From Epiperipatus broadwayi (taxonomy: Eukaryota > Animalia > Onychophora), in NCBI GenBank assembly GCA_028023455.1, contig JAQFVV010000001.1:31434001-31498000 (forward strand): a DNA stretch of 64,000 bases, written 5' to 3'. Below, one piece after another: positions 39,710 to 52,296 of the stretch (the first letter of the stretch is position 1; every line of letters starts with the position of its first letter). The notes beneath the pieces are model-generated. The model was not told where the DNA came from and did not search any database. It worked only from the letters and a program-made list of their open reading frames with translations. Position numbers and translations under genes: made by a program.

Positions 39710-41789
39710 GTAATAAAAGCTTGTTAAATTAGGTTGTGTGACCTATGACTTCATTCTTTATAATTTTAAATTAGAAAGTATAATTTAACTGTTAATAATA
39801 GTTTCATAAATATATGATTGAGAAATAATTGGAAATCAAAGAATATTTATGATAGAGAAGAATAGTGTATTTTACTGACAATTTTGTTATGACAAATTTG
39901 TGAATAAACTATGTTTTTATTTATTTAAATAGTGTGCAGTTTTAATTATTTGATATAAAAGTTGTTGAGTCTGTAGATGAATTATATGGTTCATTTCACC
40001 AAAGTAACTCATGTGCTACATGATTTAACCAGGTATTTTAGATAGAAAATGATGTATTGGTCACTGTAATAATCATATATTATGAAAAAATCTTCATAAT
40101 CATGTTAATACAGAAACAAGGTATATCCCTGAAATATTTTCTGATGGTAACTATTAGGTGACAACCATATCATCTTAGCTGATTATTATGATAAACATAT
40201 AATAAAGTAAATCATTATGTAAATGTATATAACATTAAATACAAATGTTTATAAACTCTCACCTCAAAAAGAAAAGAAAATCACTTTTTCATTGGTTTCC
40301 TTTGTATATAAAGAAGATTCCTGAATATTTGAAGTGAAGAGTTGTGAATATTAATCAATCTAACTATTTATTATAAGATATTTATTAAACAGATTGATAT
40401 TTTACTTATTAATATTAAACAAATATTTAGCAATTTTGTTATATTTTTCTGACTTTGAAACCAAGCCCTTAAATAAAAAAAAAACTTTTATAATAAAAAA
40501 TAAACTTGAAGAAACTTAAAAAGTATTGTATTTCACTTGTTAGTTTTTTTCTTATGTGACTTCAAGCTGTTTAGTTATTTTTGTTATTTTCCTGGAAGTT
40601 TGCAACCTTGAATTTTTTAAAAACACATTTCCATTAATATCTTTTAAACTATTTTTTTCAAAGCTGCTTACAAGTTCTTACTTTAAAACAAATTAATGTG
40701 GCATATTTAAAGTCTTCTTTTTTATGCTATAAAGAGAAATAGATTTTTCTCCTTAAATAGACCTCGAATTAATAATATGACTAGTATATGTGCATATTTT
40801 AATGCCTTTTCTCTGACTTTAGGATTTTTTCCCTTGTCAGTAGGTTTTTTTTTACACTGTGGATATATTAAATATATACATTAGTCAATTCAAAGTTTTC
40901 TTCATCAGTCTTTGCACATAAATAGATCAATCTCCTATATATATATATGAAGTTTAAATGTGTGTTAGATACTATATGTAAAACTTTAATATGTGTTGAT
41001 ATTAAACATGCACACACTATATAATTCAAAAGCAAAATATATATAAATCAAATCTTTAAAATAATATAATATATTGAACAATTATATAAATAATAATAAA
41101 TTTTGTTGAATCTTCAAACGTTATATATATATATATGTGTGTGTGTGTGTCCGTGTGTCCTTAATTGGAATCAATAATTCAATGGTTTATGAACTGAAAT
41201 TTGCTTTTAACTTCTATCTTCAAACCTCAGGCATAGATAATGGTGTCTGTTTCACACATATTTGGTTATGAATAACCATATTTTTTTAGGTCCAACTCAA
41301 CAGGATAGAGATGGCAAGAAAGTACCATTTTTTCAACTCTGCTTAAATTTTAGTTAAACTGTTTCAGTATTTATAGTAGATACTAAATAATGAACCAATG
41401 GGGTGAGGTTAAGTATTTTTCTTCTTAATTAATAAAAACAAGACTATAATTGTAATACAATGATTGTTAATCTTTAATTTATTTACATCCAACAAAAATA
41501 TGTTCAAAATAATTTCTTAATTTTTTTAAAATTTTCTTTATATATAAATATAATAAAAAATTTATAATTACATATCTATTAAAATAAACACCTTTAATTA
41601 GATAAAAATAATTACAAAATATAAAATTATGGTATAGTTTGCAAAATATAATTATTATCATATAGTTTTGAAATAAATGTTTTTATAAATCTTTTCATTA
41701 TGCTGATTTTTTAATAAATTGAATAAATTAATTGTTTAAACGTGCTAATTTAATAATTTTATTAAATTATTTAAATTAATATATATATA

Positions 41790-42420
41790 TATGTGCTCTG
41801 CGCACAGTTAATGAAGCTATTAATAAATTGTCAAAATTTTTACTGCCAAGCGCTTTCGGGACAGTCTACAGTCCCATATTCATGGCGAATTATTCTGTTA
41901 ATAACTGTAAAACTATGCAAATTTATATGCAGATGTTACATGGACCATTTACAAGATAGGGATTAGCAGGCCTCTATTCTGTTGATTGCCAATGGATCAG
42001 CCGCAATGAAGTAAGCTTCCCTAACTTTATGTTTGGTGTAGTTTCTGTTATTTTTTATATAGTGCCACTACCCCCCGAGTTGCATTTAGAAAAACAGCTT
42101 TCAGATATGAAGGTTATCTATAAATAAGCAATGTACTGTAAATAAACAGTCACTGACAATGGGACAACATTCACTAACAGGAAATGGTGAAGGAGATAGT
42201 GGCATATTTTCTTTTAGTAAATGCTTTAATTTCTATGATGGCAGATTTAACACCCTGCTGGATGTTGGGTTGGCAATGGTGAGGAGAAAGTGATAGATGG
42301 ATCTTTATTTTTTTAGATTCAGCTAATGCATTAAGCCTGTTATGGAGGTTATTGCTGGGCAATCACTTTGCTTTATAATTTCCTTGTTTTATAATGAGTA
42401 GATAGTTCTACAGAAATCAT
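41790..42420 (-). mobile_element. Penelope-like element 3' fragment
   Basis: Minus-strand NYTKHKVREAYFIAADPLAINRIEAC (~42050-41970) matches the PLE C-terminus seen at 61.7 kb (KKIRDVCYI..VVNS). An HHR follows, and the fragment ends at a (TA)n run. Confidence 0.7.
41843..41887 (-). ncRNA. Variant hammerhead ribozyme with A3/U8 core
   Basis: Minus strand: gcc ATGAATA t GGGAC tgtagact GTCCC GAAA GCGCTT ggc. Perfect 5-bp helix II, palindromic helix III AGCGCT, and GCC/GGC helix I. Confidence 0.7.
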
Positions 42421-42519
42421 TATGTTTGGTGTTGAGATCTTGGCTAAGAATGTTCAATATCTTGCATGGCAGGAATAGACATGATGCTACTCAGGTTGTA
42501 AATCTGGGAAATCCTCATG

Positions 42520-44935
42520 AACTTTATTCATTAAGAGAAGGCACATTGAAAATTGATACATGGAATGTTAAATCATTGAGAAGTATTGGAAATTGAAAAA
42601 TTTGAATAGTTGTGTATAAATAATATCACTGTTACAGGATTAAGTGAAGTGAGGTGGGAAGGATGTGAGGAATTAGGTAGTGGAGATGTTATGTTATTTT
42701 ATTTAGATTGTGGTAGATTAAATAATGGAGTTGGCATATTGTTGGGGTCAGAGTTTGGAATAATATGGTAAAGATTGAATGTAGACAATAAGCCGATGAT
42801 GATGAGAATAAGTGCAAGTTGTAGGAATTTTGTAATCTTACAAGTTTATACGCTAACTACTAATCAAGATGATATTGAAAATGATGGAAAATAAGATAAA
42901 GGAAATTATTCAACATGAAGGAGGAAATGCATGTATGGAGTGATGGAAATACTGATGTTGAGGAAATGTAAGAAAGAGAAAATTCTTATAAATTGTGAGA
43001 TTGGGAAAATAAATGAAAGAGGTAGCTACTCTGTACAATTTTGTAAGGTGAATGAATTTGTGATTACAAGCACTTGTTTTAAAAATCATATAGCAGATTA
43101 TATTCATGGGAAGCTCCAAGTGATAGATAAAATTATCAAATTGATTATGTATTGATTCAGGATAGATATGAAAATGCTATTAAGGGTTTTCATTATTTGT
43201 CTTGTACTGATATAAACTTAGATCATAATTTGATTATGGATGAATTAAAAATGAATTTAAAAAGAATTTAAAAAAAGAAAAGGTATGTAAGATGGAATTT
43301 GGATAAATTGAAAAAACTGGGAAAATGACAATTTGGTTTAGTATGTAAAAATTGAAATAAAAAAAGATTGTTAAAGATAAGAAATATATTAATAGTCCTG
43401 ATAAGTGTTGGTGTAGGATTAAAAAAGAATTCTTAAAAACAGCAAAAAAAAATAGATATTACTCAGTAAGGAAAGCTAAATGACCTTGGATAACTAAATA
43501 TATGTTGGAAAATATAGAAGTACAGATAATATGAAATAATGTAAATATTGAGGAAGGGCAATACATATAAAAAATTAATAAGAAGAGAAACTGATTTAAC
43601 AAAAGAAAAAAGATTGGAGCAACAATGTAGTGATATAGAAATACTTCAACAGGTGAAATTATATCATCTGGTATTTGATAGAATAAGAAATATCACTTTG
43701 AAGAAAAAAACATGGGTAGCAAGTAAGATTGCAGATAAGAATGAAAAGAGATTAACTGATAGCAATGATATATTAAAAAGGTAGATAGAATATCTTGTGT
43801 CTATTTAGATGAGAAGAAAAAATAATTATGAACTTGAAAATAAAGACGATATTGAGATAAATAATAAAGATATGGACATATTGACAGATGAAGTAATAAA
43901 GTCAATTGCACAAATAAATAATGGTAAGGCTGTTGGATTTGATGCAATATCTAGATAATTTTTGAAAGAAATGGAAAAATTTACTATGAAGGAAATACTT
44001 GGATTTTGCAATTTGACATATAACAATAGAAAATGGAGTTAGGCAAGGATGTAGTATGTCACCTGTCTTTTTTAATATTTATTTAGAAGATATGCTAAAT
44101 AATTAATTAGACTGCAGAGGAAAAAATGTTGGAGGTAGAATAACAAAACGTATATGATTTGTAGATAATATGGCTCTTATAACTGAAGATGAAAAGTTTC
44201 TTCAGAATATGTTGAATAAATAAAAGGAATGATGTATGGAATATGGAATGAAGAATAATGTTGTCTAAATGTTTATGGCTAGGGAGAAATGCAAAAAGAC
44301 TGCAAATTGAAATTGATGATAACAAATAGTTCAACAGATAAAGGGACTAAGATATTTGGATAGTTTTTTTTAACTTTATCTTCACTTCTTTCATCTTCAT
44401 TCAACTAACTATTGACAAAGAATGAATTTATTAGGAGAAAAAAATATTTTATGGATCTTTGCAGAGAGAATTCATGAAAAGATTAATCAAATGCCAAGTG
44501 TGGAGTGTACTAACATATGTTTGTGAAATGTGGACAATGAGTAATAAAATTAGGAATAAATTGGAAGCCTTTGAGATGTTGATGTGGATAAGAATGGAAA
44601 AAATCAATTAAATAAATAAAATAACCAATGAATGCATGAAAAGTGTAAATGAAAAAAGAAGATTGATTGAGAAAATCAGAGAGAGAAAGAGAAACTGGAT
44701 TAGACATATATTAAGAAGAAATTATAGTTAATGAAAGATGTTTTAGAGTAAAAGGTGAATGGAAGTAAGAAGAAAGAATGGAAAAAATTGATATTGTTGG
44801 ATGATATAAGAGATGGGAATAGTTATTTGGAATTGAAGAGCTGGGCAATGAAGACAATGGATTAAAAAATGGATGATTTGAGGATGTGACTATTCTCTGG
44901 ACCTGTCCATTTGACAGAATACTGTTGTTGATGAT
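42520..44935 (+). mobile_element. Degenerate RTE-clade LINE with internal RT deletion
   Basis: TWNV (42558), LQVYT (~42838), GKAVGFDAI (43923), GVRQGCSMSP (44035), NWIRHI (~44693). GKA-to-GVRQG spacing is 112 bp versus 545 bp in the 28-31 kb LINE, implying a ~430-bp deletion. Confidence 0.88.
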
Positions 44936-46119
44936 ATATTATAGAATTGTATTTTAATAAAAATTAAAAAAATATCATTGTAATGGCAAATAATTATAAA
45001 ATAAAAATTTATTATGATACATTATAATTATTATGCAAAAATACATAACTAAATTAATATTTAACAATTAATAAAATATAATAAAAATAAATTAACATAA
45101 TATAAATTAGTTATTGATATAAGTGAATTATAAATGTGATAGGTATGCGTAGACTAATCATACATGTTTCCCCTTTTAGCCACATTAATAATTTCGATTT
45201 TTGTCAATATCAAAAATACATTTAAATAGTAATCCATTTGTATCAGAAAGAGAGAGACCCTTTCACTTCATTTTAAATAATTTACAGTATTTCAAATGCC
45301 AAAGAAATATTATTTCTCAATACTTAAATCATTCTAGAATTTATTTATTCTAAATATATATTCAAATCTACATACTATCAAAGTTATCTATCCATTGCAT
45401 TATTTGTCATGAGTCAGTCCATCTCAATATATATGTATACGATAAATATCTGAATTCATTTATATATAATCAACATTATTATTGTATTGATATTTCAACT
45501 AAATTACAACTACAATCTAATTGCTAATAAATATTTATTAAAAACGTTAAAGAGACATTGCCAGCAACAATATATATATATATTGTAACCTAAATTAAAG
45601 TAACTCAACAGAAATATTATTAAAGAGAAATTCAATTGTATATTAAAATATCATTGAATTTGTCAAAAATCCAAATATTATTAAAATCTCAAATATTCAA
45701 GTATTTATTGTATCTTAATAAAGATGATCAAACGATCCAAATGTATTAAATAATTAAGAAAAGATTCAGCTATAAATCTTTAGCTTAATAAAGAAAAAGC
45801 ATTGTAGCTTAAATTAAATTATGAGTAGAATACCTGAGTAATGGCTGTTAAACAAAAAGGTCAGACTGAGTTATCAATCATATTAAAGGTCATTGGATTA
45901 AATGAAACATACTTCTATAATTAGATTCCTCAAGATATCACAATATCAATAATTATAAACAAATTATTAATAACTATTATAACTCAGGTATATGGAAATC
46001 ACGTGAGGTGAGTACACTAATAACTCAATAAAATATCTGCTCAGGTATACAGACAGTAGATTTTATCCACTTTCATTTCTTGGTTTGATGTTAAGTGCAT
46101 ATCCAAACAAATACCAAGT

Positions 46120-46215
46120 GAATATGGTCTAGCAGGGCACCACTAGATTATTTGAATCTAGACACGGTTATATCTAATAACCTTTCACAGGTACCAGGTT
46201 TGAATTCTTTTTTGG
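46120..46215 (+). mobile_element. Possible decayed tRNA-derived SINE head
   Basis: A-box-like tggtctagcagg and B-box-like ggtttgaattc at plausible spacing. Confidence 0.25.
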
Positions 46216-49200
46216 TACTTTATTTCTAATAAACATGGAAGATTTTGCTTTTTAGAGCCATATCACTGTATGCACTAATATTTAAGTAAGCATAAAACAT
46301 CTTTAAACTAAAGTGGAATTCATTAGACATAAATCATTTCTCAGATCTTAGCATAACGAATGTGTTTCAATATTTTTATAAGTTTTACTAGCTCAGATTA
46401 CTATTAATTTAGGATGGCAATTCACTCATCCTTGCATGAAATAGATGATGGAATGGTGGTTATAATATTACTAAGAAATCACTAAATATTATGAAATCAA
46501 TATTTATTTATGGCCTTTGAACATTTAAACAGCTCATTAATTAAAACGTGATGATGACAATGATGATAATGATAACGATAATGACAATGGTTTCAACCAC
46601 AGCTTTAGGACTAAGCCTAAACATAAAATTTAAATTCAGAAATTAATAATTATTGTTAATCTTAGTATATTTAATCATATCTTAAACCACTAATATTCAA
46701 CCATTGATGATGAATGATCACACTTGATAAAGACTACTCTTAATGAAATATATACGCCTCGTTTAATAACATGAACTAATATTTATTACTGCATTTCTAA
46801 CATATACATAAAAATTTCTATATTTACATGAAAATTTATATTAACAATAACAACAATAATCATAATAGACTGTTTTAAAATCATAACATTAAATTTTAAA
46901 TTCTTCCCCCTTTCCCGTAAATGTATTTCAAAAGTATATTGTATTAAATTGGGGTAACCAATTTGTTAAAATGTTCCATCCATAAGAAAAGTATTTCATA
47001 AAACAAAATCTCCACTCATTGGCACACATACTTTATAAATCTAACATGTAAGTAGAATGACAAAATAAATGTTAGTAAAATTGGAAAGAGCAAGTTTTAG
47101 AAACAAGTTTTAATTATTTTCTCCCCCTCTCTTCTACCTCTGAAATGCTATACTTTAACTTGAAACAAAATAATCTAATATTTTAATACTACTTATTACT
47201 TCACATTCACTCGCAATTATACACATATAAAAATATTATTATGTATGTGCATGTTTTATCCCATAATAACAACATATTATTTAAAACCAAAATAATAATA
47301 CAAAAAATTATTTTACACATTAATATTTCATAACTGTAAATTAATAAACAAATAATTTTGATACATTCAAGATCATTTATGGAGCTCAAGGCTATTATTA
47401 GTAAGAAATTATTGTTTTAATCGATCTGAATTGTCTTTAAAAGTTCTTTAAATAAAATATACCACTTTATTGCTAAAATTTTATTAAGACTCTGCTATCA
47501 TAAAGAAAATATATCAAAAAAAATTTTTATACTACCAGTTCTTTGTAGCGACTTCTAATGAGTCAAATTTCTCTTGTTTAATGTCTATCTTTGGCAGCAA
47601 CAATTTCCGTGTTTCTTTGGAACAATCTCTTTCTTAAAGTGTATAATTATTTGATGATGATGATCCTATTGAGGTTATTTGCTTTAGTGGACAATTTGGA
47701 AATCTTTATATTAATTTTTCTTCTCTTCCTGTCAAGCATGATTCTTTTAGTGGATGAAATACAGCAGTTGTTTTCACGTTTATAAATTTCCTGGGTTTTA
47801 AACTCAGTTGCTGGAACAATTAATTGGACTTGATGATTAATATTTATCAGTAGATTAATTCATCTTTCTGATCTTCGAATGCAGGTGAATGTTTTCTTCT
47901 TTCTATTTAAAAAACATCTTATTTCTCTGGTCAGTTGAAAGGTGTAGAATATTATTTTTCAGACAAGACATCTTTTCTTTCCTATATGATCTGCAGCTCC
48001 ATGATGGTCAGGTCTTGATGGGACACATATATAATTTTTCTACCCTGTCATTTCTTATATTTTCAACATTCAAAACTTCATAAAAAAATGATTTAAAAAA
48101 AAATTATCTAGCAGAACTAAAATGTTTGTCTGCTTTAGTTTCAATAATTTTTAAAAAGTCTCTCTCACAATATATTATAATAACAATAATCTAATCTAAT
48201 AGCTCAACTGATTTTCCAGACTGCTTTTATATCCGATTTTTTTTTGAGTCAACTCACCCAATTAGAGTGATAGTGTGAATTGCTATTTTTGACCAACTCC
48301 AAAAAATCACACACCTGGTTTTCAGACACTTTTGTCTTAAAAAAAATAGACTTAATCCTTTTTCACATATATCTGTAATATCTAAAATTGGAGTTTCTTT
48401 TCTCTAATCTTAAGATAAGACAATTTCAAAATTAGAGTTCGCACCAAGCTTAAGCTCCCAAAATGACAAACAATCATTTATAAAAACAAAATTGCTACAA
48501 AAATAGATATCTGATTCAACAGATTTACTCTTTTAACATAAAATTGTAAAAAAAATAATTTGACAGATTTAACCCTTCCTTTTCTTTCAATATTTAATAA
48601 ATGTAAATTTCTGTATGTAATGTACACACATACTTTATCATTTCAAATCATTTATAAACTGACATTAAATAATACACTTGCTAGCTTAATCATTATAACC
48701 CTAATACCTAAAATTAAATCTGTAACTTTTAAATCCCAATTACAATTACAGAAAAGCAAAAATAGAAACAGAATAAGATATTAAAATTGATCAGGCATAG
48801 GTTAGTTTTAAAGAAAGTTAATATGTTTAATATTTGAAATTTAAAAGTGGCTAACTAAATAGATTTTATCACACACACTGCTTATACATATGCGTTATAA
48901 CATTGCTTTTTAACAGAAAAATTAAATATTGAATAGTTTAAATCTGTGTATTACCTTTCTATCAACACACAAACAATTAAAGTTTATAACTATGGCCCCA
49001 CTCTCTTTCTGTCTAAAGCTTTTAAAACTGGACCTTGTAGGGTTTAAACTTGGATGCCCTACAGCTTCATTTATTGTTATATAAAAATGTGATGATGATT
49101 TTGTTTTACATTTTCCTACATGCACATTACTATAAATTTAGCTAGTGTCTAAATTGTAATGGCACAATATATATATATGATAAACAAAAATGCAAGTTAA

Positions 49201-49321
49201 AAAACTTGCTAATGCTTGTATTTATGTCCACAGATGGCGTTCTACCAAAAACACCAATCAAGCATATGTTTTGTTTACATAAACGTCAGAGCAGTATTCA
49301 CTATCTCTAACTATAATTCCA

Positions 49322-49365
49322 CTTTCAGATCATGATTTCAAGCTATTTGCTATCATCAGTGAAAG
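49322..49365 (-). ncRNA. Type I hammerhead ribozyme (also at 49727, 50132, 50537 and 50942; truncated at 51347-51383)
   Basis: RNA sense CUUUCA CUGAUGA UAGC AAAUA GCUU GAAA UCAUGAUC/UGAAAG: 6-bp perfect helix I, full core, palindromic AUCAUGAU helix III, AUC cleavage triplet. Confidence 0.9.
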
Positions 49366-51442
49366 ACAGGAATAAAGAAACTAGATCTGAACACAAACTC
49401 TGAGCGTTTATGAAACAATTTCTATTCAGCTTGCAAGCGTGAATTTTTTAGACACGTAATGTCTTCAAACTCAGCATAGCAAACCAGATAGCTATATGGG
49501 TCTGATCTCAGTTCAGCATCACCACATAGTAGAAGCCTCTGCAATCTATATCATTGCAAGAAAGACCTCAAAGGTACATTTATGATAAACAAAAATGCAA
49601 GTTAAAAAACTTGCTAACGCTTGTATTTATGTCCACAGATGGCGTTCTACCAAAAACACCGATCAAGCGTATGTTTTGTTTACATAAACGTCAGAGCAGT
49701 ATTCACTATCTCTAACTATAATTCCACTTTCAGATCATGATTTCAAGCTATTTGCTATCATCAGTGAAAGACAGGAATAAAGAAACTAGATCTGAACACA
49801 AACTCTGAGCGTTTATGAAACAATTTCTATTCAGCTTGCAAGCGTGAATTTTTTAGACACGTAATGTCTTCAAACTCAGCATAGCAAACCAGATAGCTAT
49901 ATGGGTCTGATCTCAGTTCAGCATCACCACATAGTAGAAGCCTCTGCAATCTATATCATTGCAAGAAAGACCTCAAAGGTACATTTATGATAAACAAAAA
50001 TGCAAGTTAAAAAACTTGCTAACGCTTGTATTTATGTCCACAGATGGCGTTCTACCAAAAACACCGATCAAGCGTATGTTTTGTTTACATAAACGTCAGA
50101 GCAGTATTCACTATCTCTAACTATAATTCCACTTTCAGATCATGATTTCAAGCTATTTGCTATCATCAGTGAAAGACAGGAATAAAGAAACTAGATCTGA
50201 ACACAAACTCTGAGCGTTTATGAAACAATTTCTATTCAGCTTGCAAGCGTGAATTTTTTAGACACGTAATGTCTTCAAACTCAGCATAGCAAACCAGATA
50301 GCTATATGGGTCTGATCTCAGTTCAGCATCACCACATAGTAGAAGCCTCTGCAATCTATATCATTGCAAGAAAGACCTCAAAGGTACATTTATGATAAAC
50401 AAAAATGCAAGTTAAAAAACTTGCTAACGCTTGTATTTATGTCCACAGATGGCGTTCTACCAAAAACACCGATCAAGCGTATGTTTTGTTTACATAAACG
50501 TCAGAGCAGTATTCACTATCTCTAACTATAATTCCACTTTCAGATCATGATTTCAAGCTATTTGCTATCATCAGTGAAAGACAGGAATAAAGAAACTAGA
50601 TCTGAACACAAACTCTGAGCGTTTATGAAACAATTTCTATTCAGCTTGCAAGCGTGAATTTTTTAGACACGTAATGTCTTCAAACTCAGCATAGCAAACC
50701 AGATAGCTATATGGGTCTGATCTCAGTTCAGCATCACCACATAGTAGAAGCCTCTGCAATCTATATCATTGCAAGAAAGACCTCAAAGGTACATTTATGA
50801 TAAACAAAAATGCAAGTTAAAAAACTTGCTAACGCTTGTATTTATGTCCACAGATGGCGTTCTACCAAAAACACCGATCAAGCGTATGTTTTGTTTACAT
50901 AAACGTCAGAGCAGTATTCACTATCTCTAACTATAATTCCACTTTCAGATCATGATTTCAAGCTATTTGCTATCATCAGTGAAAGACAGGAATAAAGAAA
51001 CTAGATCTGAACACAAACTCTGAGCGTTTATGAAACAATTTCTATTCAGCTTGCAAGCGTGAATTTTTTAGACACGTAATGTCTTCAAACTCAGCATAGC
51101 AAACCAGATAGCTATATGGGTCTGATCTCAGTTCAGCATCACCACATAGTAGAAGCCTCTGCAATCTATATCATTGCAAGAAAGACTTCAAAGGTACATT
51201 TATGATAAACAAAAATGCAAGTTAAAAAACTTGCTAACGCTTGTATTTATGTCCACAGATGGCGTTCTACCAAAAACACCGATCAAGCGTATGTTTTGTT
51301 TACATAAACGTCAGAGCAGTATTCACTATCTCTAACTATAATTCCACTTTCAGATCATGATTTCAAGCTATTTGCTATCATCATAGAAATTGTTTCATAA
51401 ACGCTCAGAGTTTGTGTTCAGATCTAGTTTCTTTATTCCTGT

Positions 51443-51486
51443 CTTTCACTGATGATAGCAAATAGCTTAAAATCATGATCTGAAAG
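51443..51486 (+). ncRNA. Hammerhead copy with core mutation G12>A
   Basis: gcttAAAAtc instead of gcttGAAAtc. Confidence 0.8.
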
Positions 51487-51847
51487 TGGAATTATAGTTA
51501 GAGATAGTGAGTACTGCTCTGAAGTTTATGTAAACAAAACATACGCTTGATTGGTGTTTTTGGTAGAACGCCATCTGTGGACATAAATACAAGCATTAGC
51601 AAGTTTTTTAACTTGCATTTTTGTTTATCATAAATGTACCTTTGAGGTCATTCTTGCAATGATATAGATTGCAGAGGCTTCTACTATGTGGTGATGCTGA
51701 ACTGAGATCAGACCCATATAGCTATCTGGTTTGCTATGCTGAGTTTGAAGACATTACGTGTCTAAAAAATTCACGCTTGCAAGAAGAATAGAAATTGTTT
51801 CATAAACGCTCAGAGTTTGTGTTCAGATCTAGTTTCTTTATTCCTGT

Positions 51848-51891
51848 CTTTCACTGATGGTAGCAAATAGCTTGAAATCATGATCTGAAAG
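51848..51891 (+). ncRNA. Hammerhead copy with core mutation A9>G
   Basis: ctgatgG instead of ctgatgA. Confidence 0.8.
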
Positions 51892-52252
51892 TGGAATTAT
51901 AGTTAGAGATAGTGAATACTGCTCTGACGTTTATGTAAACAAAACATACGCTTGATCGGTGTTTTTGGTAGAACGCCATCTGTGGACATAAATACAAGCG
52001 TTAGCAAGTTTTTTAACTTGCATTTTTGTTTATCATAAATGTACCTTTGAGGTCTTTCTTGCAATGATATAGATTGCAGAGGCTTCTACTATGTGGTGAT
52101 GCTGAACTGAGATCAGACCCATATAGCTATCTGGTTTGCTATGCTGAATTTGAAGACATTACGTGTCTAAAAAATTCACGCTTGCAAGCTGAATAGAAAT
52201 TGTTTCATAAACGCTCAGAGTTTGTGTTCAGATCTAGTTTCTTTATTCCTGT

Positions 52253-52296
52253 CTTTCACTGATGATAGCAAATAGCTTGAAATCATGATCTGAAAG
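52253..52296 (+). ncRNA. Intact type I hammerhead ribozyme in the inverted arm
   Basis: ctttca CTGATGA tagc aaata gctt GAAA tcatgatc tgaaag. Confidence 0.88.
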
